Shown here in pieces: positions 32,785 to 40,656 of a stretch of DNA of 64,000 nucleotides. The first letter of the stretch is position 1. Every line of letters starts with the position of its first letter. The notes under the pieces are model-generated. The model worked only from the letters and a program-made list of their open reading frames with translations. It did not search any database and was not told where the DNA came from. The translations under genes and the position numbers were made by a program. Origin of the DNA: a virus; IMG/VR virus record IMGVR_UViG_3300008262_000024, positions 28,843 through 92,842 of that record; one strand, 5' to 3'.

Positions 32785-33070
32785 TTTCTGTCTGTTTTTC
32801 TATTTTTGTTTTTATTTTAGTCAAACCCATCCCTCCTAGTATAACAGATGTCATTGTTATTAATACTATTTCTACTAATTCTGAATTAGGTATTTGATTT
32901 TTTTTATAAAGTATAATTCCTGTTGTAATAAAGAATCCTATTACAAATGCAAATACAGTTAATCTTTTATGATCTATCTTACCATTGTTTCCTTTAAAAG
33001 ATTCAATGAAAGAGTTCTTAACTATTTTTGACATATTTCTCAAGTTCTGCTTTAAGTTGTTGAATTTCAT
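32774..33070 (-). CDS. Putative holin (2 TM); start probably the ATG at 33034
   Basis: Two hydrophobic helices and a charged C-tail; directly upstream of the endolysin. Confidence 0.6.
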   Translation of the reverse strand: MKFNNLKQNLRNMSKIVKNSFIESFKGNNGKIDHKRLTVFAFVIGFFITTGIILYKKNQIPNSELVEIVLITMTSVILGGMGLTKIKTKIEKQTENET

Positions 33071-33326
33071 TTGCTTGTCTTATATTTTCTTGTTCTAATT
33101 CTGCTATTCTTTTAACTAATTTTTCTTCTAATAGATATGCTTCATGTTCTCTTTGTTCAAGAATAGTAATCTTTTTTTCAAGTCTATCTATTTCACTATA
33201 TAGTTTATCTTGAATTTCAGCAAGCATATCTACTGTATCTTTCTTTTTACTAAATAATCTAGGTACAATTGTAGTTACTACAGCTGAACCTAGTGCAATT
33301 AAAGCTAAAAGAATTGGTTGATTCAT
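33018..33326 (-). CDS. Membrane-anchored coiled-coil protein (holin/lysis accessory)
   Basis: N-terminal TM helix followed by a heptad coiled coil; lies in the lysis cluster. Confidence 0.5.
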   Translation of the reverse strand: MNQPILLALIALGSAVVTTIVPRLFSKKKDTVDMLAEIQDKLYSEIDRLEKKITILEQREHEAYLLEEKLVKRIAELEQENIRQANEIQQLKAELEKYVKNS

Positions 33327-33334
33327 AAGTTAGG

Positions 33335-33886
33335 TTATTTAAAAAGTGTTACTCTACCAAATTTGGTGTATTGTTTATTGTTTACATCTTTATAACTAAG
33401 TTTATAGGTATAGACATCATCTTGGCAAATTTCACCTTTGTATGTACCATCCCATCTATTGTTTAAATCATTACTTACAAAAAGTAATTCTCCCCATCTA
33501 TTCCAGATAGTAAGTTTAAAATCTTTAATGTTAATTCCATAAGCACCAAATGTATCATTAACTCTATCATCATTAGGTGTAAATGAATTAGGTATCCATA
33601 AAAAACTTTCCTTACATTCAATGATTTGTAATACTAATAAGTCTTTAGTATAACAATAACCATTGCTAAAAGTAGCAGTAATTACATATGTACCCAAGTC
33701 ACTGATAGTTATTGTCATAACATCATCATTAACTTGGTAAGGTATTAAAGGGGAAACACTCCAGTTTATAGATTGTGCTGAAGTGTTTGCTCTTATTTCC
33801 TTCTGAATATATGAATCACATAATTCATATGTTGTTTGTGCCATGAGATTCATACTTATCAATAATGTAAGTAGTGTATATTTCAT
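33335..33886 (-). CDS. Secreted protein with T9SS type B (gliding motility-associated, CHU_C) C-terminal sorting domain
   Basis: Signal peptide ending LMA|Q; C-terminal IPNSFTPNDDRVND..IWNRWGELLF..WDGTYKG..GRVTLFK is the canonical type B CTD. Confidence 0.92.
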   Translation of the reverse strand: MKYTLLTLLISMNLMAQTTYELCDSYIQKEIRANTSAQSINWSVSPLIPYQVNDDVMTITISDLGTYVITATFSNGYCYTKDLLVLQIIECKESFLWIPNSFTPNDDRVNDTFGAYGINIKDFKLTIWNRWGELLFVSNDLNNRWDGTYKGEICQDDVYTYKLSYKDVNNKQYTKFGRVTLFK

Positions 33887-34446
33887 TAGTCAGTATATAT
33901 TATTCCAGTAGGTAAAGGTTCTACAGTTGCAGTACCTGCTCCAGTAATAGAACAGCCATTTGCAGTCTGAGAAACAACAGTTATATTATAAGTTCCAGGT
34001 GCTAATCCTGCAGGATTAAAAGTATTTCCTGATACTCCAGGTCCATTAAATATAGGATTAGTACCAAGATTTTGTCCTGTAATAGTTACATTACCACCAT
34101 CTTGACATAATACTATAGGGTCTATTGTAGCAATAACATTAGGTTGTACAGTTATATTAGCTACTGTTGTAAATTGACAACCTGCTGCATTAGTTTCTGT
34201 CATAGTCATAGTGTATACTCCAGGTGTTAACCAAGTAACTTGTATTTGTTGTCCAACAACAGTAAATGCTTGTGGAGGTAAAATGTTAAATGTATATGTT
34301 GAAGTAGGGTTAACTACTTGATCTCCATAGAAATGTACTGCATTAGGACATACTACTTGTCCATCAGCAATATTAGGTGTTGGTACCTGTCCAAATATTG
34401 TTATAGTTAACAATATAAAAAATAATGACAAAAACAAATTTTTCAT
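33886..34446 (-). CDS. Secreted Ig/PKD-like (SprB-repeat-like) protein; start revised to ATG 34446
   Basis: Signal peptide MKNLFLSLFFILLTITIFG|Q; two Ig-like repeats (PGVYTMTMTETNAAGC, PGTYNITVVSQTANGC); a TATATTTG promoter at 34461-34468 supports the later start. Confidence 0.75.
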   Translation of the reverse strand: MKNLFLSLFFILLTITIFGQVPTPNIADGQVVCPNAVHFYGDQVVNPTSTYTFNILPPQAFTVVGQQIQVTWLTPGVYTMTMTETNAAGCQFTTVANITVQPNVIATIDPIVLCQDGGNVTITGQNLGTNPIFNGPGVSGNTFNPAGLAPGTYNITVVSQTANGCSITGAGTATVEPLPTGIIYTD

Positions 34447-34460
34447 AACAAATCTTTTAA

Positions 34461-34468
34461 CAAATATA
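34461..34468 (-). promoter_or_regulatory. TATATTTG promoter of the Ig-like and CTD genes
   Basis: Consensus match 14 nt before the ATG at 34446. Confidence 0.65.
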
Positions 34469-34494
34469 CTTAATATACAGATTACCATTTATAC

Positions 34495-34962
34495 CTAATA
34501 GTTTACATTATATTTGTTAAATAAATCCTTAAAATAAGATACATTATCTACATAGATATAATACTTATTTTCAGTAACTATATTGTATATTTTTAATCTA
34601 TATACTAAGTGAGATTTTAACCAATCAGACTCTTTTTCTGACAGGTTATACATTGCTAATATTTCACAAGAAAGTCTACTATAACTCTTGATAGTTAATG
34701 AATCAGAGTTAGAGTAAAATGTTAAATCAGTCTCATCAGAACAATAAGAATCTAAAGGAGGACCTTTTCTAAGTTCTATTCCATGAGGTAATTTATCTTT
34801 ATAATACAGTTTAATAGTCCTTATATACCAATACTTAGGACCTAGATCTTCATTCTCAATAATAGGTACAATTCTTACATCACCTTTTGTAAAAGGTTCT
34901 GGAGAACTTCCTACTGAAAACAGTAATATTGCAAAAAATGATATTAAAAATTTGTATTTCAT
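34495..34962 (-). CDS. Hypothetical exported protein
   Basis: N-terminal hydrophobic signal-like segment; own promoter at 35010-35017. Confidence 0.6.
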   Translation of the reverse strand: MKYKFLISFFAILLFSVGSSPEPFTKGDVRIVPIIENEDLGPKYWYIRTIKLYYKDKLPHGIELRKGPPLDSYCSDETDLTFYSNSDSLTIKSYSRLSCEILAMYNLSEKESDWLKSHLVYRLKIYNIVTENKYYIYVDNVSYFKDLFNKYNVNY

Positions 34963-35009
34963 AAGATAAATATTACATCGTATATCTTATGAAACACCTT
35001 ATTTCACTG

Positions 35010-35017
35010 CAAATATA
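35010..35017 (-). promoter_or_regulatory. TATATTTG promoter of the 155 aa gene
   Basis: Intergenic consensus match. Confidence 0.65.
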
Positions 35018-35043
35018 AGCAAAAATTATACTACTTATTCTAC

Positions 35044-36396
35044 CTAATTTGTGTATATAGCAGCAGTAGGATCTGGTACAACTACAATGGGTAACTGAAC
35101 TGTTCTAACACATCCATTAAATGATACTAAATTTAACTGATAATTTGTACTTACAGATGGTGTAACATTAATACTTTGTGTAGTTTGATTAGTAGGTAAC
35201 CATTGATAAGATTGATAACCATTAGGTGCAGTTAATGTTATAGTTTCTCCTACACATATAGTATCAGGATATGCATCTAAAAATGATTGTGAACATGCAG
35301 CATCTATGTAAGCATAACCATAGTGTGCACTTTGAGTACAATCTCCTGTAGTAAATTCTGCTGTAACTGCTTGTCCTATATAGTTATCTAGGTCTACATT
35401 TACTGTACTCCAAGGTTTATATCTAACTCCTGTACAAGTTGTTGAGTTAAAAAACCCAGGTAAATTACTAGCAGCAGATACTACAAACTCTGAACATGGT
35501 ATTACATTACCATTTTGATCTCTTAATAATGCTCTAAAAAAAGGTTGTTCATTAGATGTATGACCAGGATCTTCAAACACTACAGCATATCTATATGTAA
35601 AACTATTATTAGTATTAGTTACCATAAATGTTTGTGTTAATTGTTCTGCTTGTGAATTAACATTAGCATCACCTAATCTAACAGAATACGGTCCACCTAA
35701 TGGATCTACTCTTGGAAATCCTGCACAAGGATCATTACCACCTGTCATTATAGTATGTCTTCCATTAACTATACCTAATGCTGTTGCATCATAATTAGGT
35801 GTTGGTGCATCAATATAAGCTCTTGTAGATAAACCTGTTGTACCAAACCATCCTGTAAAATTGTTATTATTAAATCCAATATTAGTACAGGCAGGTTGAA
35901 CTGGTACAGGAGTAAATTGAATATTTAAATCAAATTGATAACAGTTTGAGAATATGTTTCCCCAAACATAAGTATCTACTAAAACAAAATAAGTTTGTCC
36001 TCCTTGTACATATTCAACTATAGATGCATTACTAGTTGCAGTATTGTAAAGTGAAAATCCCATACATGCTCCTGCAGTTCCAGGACATGCACTTGATAAT
36101 ACAAGTGTTGGATATGTATTTGTAGCTGGTTGTACATCATTAAGAACAATATTTATATAACCATCTTGAAGTGGAACAAAACTATATAACCAATCTTGTC
36201 CACCATAATAATTACCTGTAGCAGTAAATATACAGGGATTACTTCCTGTATAATCATTTAAATCACCACAAGTAGTTTGATTATTAGTAAAAAATGGTAG
36301 AGTTACAGGATTAGCTGCAGCACCTGTACAAGTATTAGAACCTTGTGAATATACTTTAGTATATATAAGTAGTATAATTAAAATATACCTAATCAT
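35044..36396 (-). CDS. Secreted adhesin-like protein resembling the N-terminal part of Bacteroidota T9SS/SprB-type adhesins, without a CTD
   Basis: Signal peptide ending VYS|Q; YSVRLGD, YAVVFEDPGH and HYGYAYID motifs; ends with an Ig repeat (ICVGETITLTAP..YQW..GC). Confidence 0.75.
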   Translation of the reverse strand: MIRYILIILLIYTKVYSQGSNTCTGAAANPVTLPFFTNNQTTCGDLNDYTGSNPCIFTATGNYYGGQDWLYSFVPLQDGYINIVLNDVQPATNTYPTLVLSSACPGTAGACMGFSLYNTATSNASIVEYVQGGQTYFVLVDTYVWGNIFSNCYQFDLNIQFTPVPVQPACTNIGFNNNNFTGWFGTTGLSTRAYIDAPTPNYDATALGIVNGRHTIMTGGNDPCAGFPRVDPLGGPYSVRLGDANVNSQAEQLTQTFMVTNTNNSFTYRYAVVFEDPGHTSNEQPFFRALLRDQNGNVIPCSEFVVSAASNLPGFFNSTTCTGVRYKPWSTVNVDLDNYIGQAVTAEFTTGDCTQSAHYGYAYIDAACSQSFLDAYPDTICVGETITLTAPNGYQSYQWLPTNQTTQSINVTPSVSTNYQLNLVSFNGCVRTVQLPIVVVPDPTAAIYTN

Positions 36397-36401
36397 ATAT
36401 A

Positions 36402-36409
36402 CAAATATA
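36402..36409 (-). promoter_or_regulatory. TATATTTG promoter of the adhesin-like gene
   Basis: Intergenic consensus match 5 nt before the ATG at 36396. Confidence 0.65.
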
Positions 36410-36868
36410 CTAACTAAAGTACAAACTTGCTTCTTCTTCTCTTCTTCTAACTAGACCTTTAAGAGTTTTACCACCTGCTTTTACCCACTTCATAAACTCA
36501 GTTTTTATAGTAGGATCATTTGGATTAGCATTTATTTTCTTTAATAATGTACTAGCTTTAAGATTAGCTGGACCCAGATTAAAGCAAAAAGATACTAATG
36601 CATCAAATTGATTTTGATTAAGTTTATCTGTACAATAACTATCTACATATTGCTCAAATTTTTCTAAATGTTTCTTTAGAATAACCTCAGCAACAGCTTC
36701 ATTTATTGGATCATCAGTTAATTTAACTTTAGTACCATCAGGATAGAATGTTGCACCAAAACCAATTGTAGCTACATTAGCAGGACAGAGGTATGGTTTA
36801 GATCTAAATCCTTCATACTTTTTAATAAGGTCTACACCCTTTTTACTTGTTTTAGTTATTTTAGTCAT
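36410..36868 (-). CDS. Phage lysozyme (GH24) endolysin
   Basis: EGFRSKPYLCPANVATIGFG, QNQFDALVSF.FNLG and GLVRRREEEA motifs. Confidence 0.93.
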   Translation of the reverse strand: MTKITKTSKKGVDLIKKYEGFRSKPYLCPANVATIGFGATFYPDGTKVKLTDDPINEAVAEVILKKHLEKFEQYVDSYCTDKLNQNQFDALVSFCFNLGPANLKASTLLKKINANPNDPTIKTEFMKWVKAGGKTLKGLVRRREEEASLYFS

Positions 36869-36874
36869 AGTTAA

Positions 36875-38596
36875 TTAATTTACAAAGGTATATCCAACAG
36901 TAGCAGCAGTTGAAGGTACAGGAGCTATACCCGTTCCCCAATTGAAGGTAGTTGTAACGGTTCCATTAAAAGTATAAATAGTCTGTTTTATTGGACTACC
37001 AACACCATTGTTACCTGATGAGTCTATGTTTGTTGGACTAACATATTCAACCTGCTGTTGAGCTGTATTTTCTAAATTAAATATTGCTTTAGTTGGAGCT
37101 GTTGATGCATTTAATAATATAGAACCAAAAGGACCTCCACCAAGCATAAGTAAATCATTCAATATGCTATAAGTTACTGCTGATTTTAATGTAATATTTC
37201 TTAAGGCACTTGATGTATTAATTGCTTGAAGTCTATCTACTGTAAATCCAAATGTTGTTGGAGATGTAAATGATGTAGTTGATGAAAGCGATAATCTAAG
37301 TAATGCACAGTTTAGTGTTGAACTTAAATTTAATGTTCCTGTATTTATTTCTAAATAAGAAAACTTAAAAGAAGGAACTGCACATGAATAGTTAAGTTGT
37401 GAAGTAACAGCATTTCCACTTATAAATATTACAGATGTACTGCTTTGAGTAACAGTACCAGATGTATGTGTCCATGAATATGTTGATCCTGATGGAATAA
37501 ACAATCTAAATGGATATAATGGATTAGCAGGATTAAAAACTACACTACCACCACCTGTTTTATTAATTGTCAAACTCTTAACTTGAATATTTGTAGTATT
37601 TGTCCAAGTTGTTACTGTACTTGTTGTTGTACCACTAAATTCTAATATATCTATTGTGCAGTTTGATGTACTTGAATGATTCCAATTTCCTTCCAATAAT
37701 AATCTTGAACCACCTGTTGATGTGATAACCATTGTACCATCAATTCTTATGAATGATTTAATAACAGTATCTGTTGCTAACGACAATGTTCCTTGCACAT
37801 AAGCTATGAAGTCTGAATTATTTGAAGCATTAAATCCTGATAGCGTTAATGTTCCTCCATTACTAAATGTATGTGTAGAAACAGCAGTAAATTGTCCACC
37901 AGATTCTACCGTAAAGAAATGATTTCCTGATGAAATGTTTCCACTTCCAGAAGTTGTATATGTACTGCCAGAAACAAATGAAACTCTTAAATTAGTAGCA
38001 ATACCACCTGTTGCAATAAATGTCTTTGAAGTACCATATCCTTTGATGGTAACATGGTCTGTTGCATTAGTAAGGACAGCTCTAATATCAATATTACCTC
38101 CTATCCTTAAATCAATTGTAGTTCCTGTAGCAGCTTTAAAATTATGCGTAGATGTGTTAGTTATTAAATTACCTTGAAAATCTGCATTTCCAGCAAAGGT
38201 TAATGTATTACCTCCACCCATATTACCAGTATTCAAATTTACTGGCAATATTTTCCCATTTGCTGTGAAAGTTAAATTAACATTTCTTGGCAAAAAACTA
38301 TAAGATGTGACTGTAGCATTTGTACTATAAGTAGTAGCTGCACCTAATGTTGTATTTCCACAAGTAAGGTTTGCTCCAAATGTAAATGTTCCTGTATAAC
38401 CTGTAAAATCTATGGTTAAAACATTAGCAGCTGCAGTAAGAGTTACTATGCCAGTACCAGAATTAGCATCAAAAAACACATCATCAGCTACTGTTGGAAC
38501 AGAAGCCCCTCCTGCACCACCAGATGTAGCAGACCATTTAGTACCTGCTGTTCCATCCCAATTAGCTGTTCCTCCTACCCAATACCTTAAAGCCAT
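36875..38596 (-). CDS. Tail spike / receptor-binding protein (beta-helix-like)
   Basis: RYWVGGTANWD..WSATSGG..VPT..DDVFFD start; Thr/Ser/Gly/Asn-rich beta-repeat composition. Confidence 0.65.
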   Translation of the reverse strand: MALRYWVGGTANWDGTAGTKWSATSGGAGGASVPTVADDVFFDANSGTGIVTLTAAANVLTIDFTGYTGTFTFGANLTCGNTTLGAATTYSTNATVTSYSFLPRNVNLTFTANGKILPVNLNTGNMGGGNTLTFAGNADFQGNLITNTSTHNFKAATGTTIDLRIGGNIDIRAVLTNATDHVTIKGYGTSKTFIATGGIATNLRVSFVSGSTYTTSGSGNISSGNHFFTVESGGQFTAVSTHTFSNGGTLTLSGFNASNNSDFIAYVQGTLSLATDTVIKSFIRIDGTMVITSTGGSRLLLEGNWNHSSTSNCTIDILEFSGTTTSTVTTWTNTTNIQVKSLTINKTGGGSVVFNPANPLYPFRLFIPSGSTYSWTHTSGTVTQSSTSVIFISGNAVTSQLNYSCAVPSFKFSYLEINTGTLNLSSTLNCALLRLSLSSTTSFTSPTTFGFTVDRLQAINTSSALRNITLKSAVTYSILNDLLMLGGGPFGSILLNASTAPTKAIFNLENTAQQQVEYVSPTNIDSSGNNGVGSPIKQTIYTFNGTVTTTFNWGTGIAPVPSTAATVGYTFVN

Positions 38597-38841
38597 TACT
38601 CAATAACTATTTCTTGATTTAATGGTAGTGAAGCAACTATATTAGGTAGATTAGCAATTGCCTCTCTTCTCCATTGCTCACTTTTTCCGTGATTTACAAT
38701 GCTTTCAGTTATTTGTTGTTCATTCAATGGAACAGGAATAGGAATCTCTGCTGTATAAATATCTCCATCAAATTTGTATTCAACAGTTGCAAATAAAACA
38801 CCATCAGGTGTTGTACGTGTAGATATAATTTTATATGTCAT
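38596..38841 (-). CDS. Small tail-fibre-associated protein
   Basis: Short ORF translationally coupled between two fibre genes. Confidence 0.5.
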   Translation of the reverse strand: MTYKIISTRTTPDGVLFATVEYKFDGDIYTAEIPIPVPLNEQQITESIVNHGKSEQWRREAIANLPNIVASLPLNQEIVIE

Positions 38842-40655
38842 GTCTTTGTTATTTGTATTGTTAAGTTAGCCCAAGTAATAGTAGTAATAGCAGATATAGT
38901 AAACCCTATGTAATCACCTGCTGTTACTGTTGCTTGAGAACCAATATAAGTAGGAGTTAGGTTTTGATTTTTTTGTTGAGAAGATAGTGAAGGTGCTGTT
39001 ACATATACATCATCTGCTGTTGTTGTAGGTGGATAGTTAGCATATGTATCTTTAAAAACTGTTATAGTACAGCTACCTGATACATCTGCTACTAATGTCC
39101 AACTTGTTAGTGTTCCGTTATAAGGAACTTGAACATATGCAGTTTTAGTTTGTATAACTTGTCCTCCTCCATCAAATGTAACACCGCAAGAGCCTGTTTT
39201 AATGCTTGTATTAAGTAGTGTATTTACACTTGTTGTCTTCCATTGACCAGGAGAAACAGTGCTGTCATAATACAGAGTATCATTAAGACTTGGTGATTGT
39301 GCTTGTACATTATGCAGTTCATCAAGCTCATAGCCATTCTGAATATTTACATACATTCTACCTGCTGAACCATTACTCGCTGTAGTAACTATTCCAACAT
39401 AAACTAAGTGATTTGGAGCATATGGTTTTACTTTTGTAATAGACCCTGCTGTTGCCCCTAAGTATACAGGATCACCATCAGACCAAGTTGCTGTTGGAAG
39501 TATATTTAACCCATCCAACAATCCTTGCATCATTATAAGCCCTTTTTGATTTGCAGCTATTGATGTAGACAATACAACACCTACTGTTCTTGCTGATGTA
39601 GCATCAGATGTATTATTAGCTAACTTGACAGTCATTCTATCTCCTTGGCCACCAAAAGCATAAACAACTTGACCTTTTGTTATGGTTACAGAATCATCAT
39701 TAGTAACATAACCAAGAAGCGTATTAGGAGCTGTACCAATAGTCTGAAATCCATTTAACGTAGAATTATAAACACAAAGCATTTCTGCTCCTGATATTAT
39801 ATCTCCACCTATTAATGCACCATCATTGTTTCTGTAAAGTGTTCTTGCTCCTAATGAGTTTATGTTTAAAGTACATCCTGTAGTATTCCCATTAGTAAAC
39901 CTAATAAGATATGCATCTCCATCATTATAAGATGTAACACCGCTTATAGTTGTAGTATATGTGTCAGTACCTGATGCAGTTCCTTTAGGTATTCCACCAG
40001 TTACTGTAGAACTTATAGTAAAACTTGGATATGTTCCTGAAATACCAATACCTGTTCCTGCAGTTAATGATACAGTTTGGTCTGGCAAAGTGTTAGTAAT
40101 AGTAAAACTTGGATAAGTTCCAGAAGTGCTAATACCAGTTCCACTATTTAAAACTACAGTTTGGTCAGGAGCAGTATTAGTTATTGTAATATTAGGTGTA
40201 GTTGTAGGATTAGTAACTGATGCAGATATACCTGTACTTGCAGTAACACCAACAGAAGTTACAGTTCCTGAACCTCCACCACCAGTTGCATCAAAAGTAA
40301 TGTTACCTAAACCATCATCAGTTATAGTCATATTAGTACCTGCAACAAGATTTAATAGTGTTTGATCACCATTAGGTGTACCATTAGTTTCTAATGCTAA
40401 TCCTGAAGAAGATATAGTTTGTAAAGTAACTCCTGTTATTCTACCCCATTGATCTATTTGTAAAACAGGAACTTGAGTACTGCTACCATAAGTTCCTGCT
40501 ATAACACCTGTTAAGGTTAGGTTTGCTGTTAGATTTAAATTACTTAAAGTAAAATCAATATTAGCACTATCTGTTACAAAGAAAGGAGTAGCATTAACCT
40601 GCTGTGTAGGAGGTTGAATACTAAAGTCTTTTCTTTTGTTTCCAAAAAATGGCAT
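38838..40655 (-). CDS. Tail fibre protein
   Basis: GTYGSSTQVPVLQIDQWGRIT fibre motif, GTVTSV and AGTGI repeats, and a PDQTV..GTYPSFTI tandem repeat. Confidence 0.8.
   Translation of the reverse strand: MPFFGNKRKDFSIQPPTQQVNATPFFVTDSANIDFTLSNLNLTANLTLTGVIAGTYGSSTQVPVLQIDQWGRITGVTLQTISSSGLALETNGTPNGDQTLLNLVAGTNMTITDDGLGNITFDATGGGGSGTVTSVGVTASTGISASVTNPTTTPNITITNTAPDQTVVLNSGTGISTSGTYPSFTITNTLPDQTVSLTAGTGIGISGTYPSFTISSTVTGGIPKGTASGTDTYTTTISGVTSYNDGDAYLIRFTNGNTTGCTLNINSLGARTLYRNNDGALIGGDIISGAEMLCVYNSTLNGFQTIGTAPNTLLGYVTNDDSVTITKGQVVYAFGGQGDRMTVKLANNTSDATSARTVGVVLSTSIAANQKGLIMMQGLLDGLNILPTATWSDGDPVYLGATAGSITKVKPYAPNHLVYVGIVTTASNGSAGRMYVNIQNGYELDELHNVQAQSPSLNDTLYYDSTVSPGQWKTTSVNTLLNTSIKTGSCGVTFDGGGQVIQTKTAYVQVPYNGTLTSWTLVADVSGSCTITVFKDTYANYPPTTTADDVYVTAPSLSSQQKNQNLTPTYIGSQATVTAGDYIGFTISAITTITWANLTIQITKT
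40010..40185 (-). repeat. Two-copy 28-codon tandem repeat (TNTxPDQTVxLxxGTGIxxSGTYPSFTI) in the tail fibre
   Basis: Visible in the translation, and in DNA as a repeated ATAGTAAAACTTGGATA. Confidence 0.8.
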
Positions 40656-40656
40656 A

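Noticed and set aside
33335-36396. Pseudogenised fragments of a captured host adhesin
   Set aside because: Each piece has an intact signal peptide, two of the three have their own promoter, and two end in the same terminal motif, which indicates selection rather than decay.
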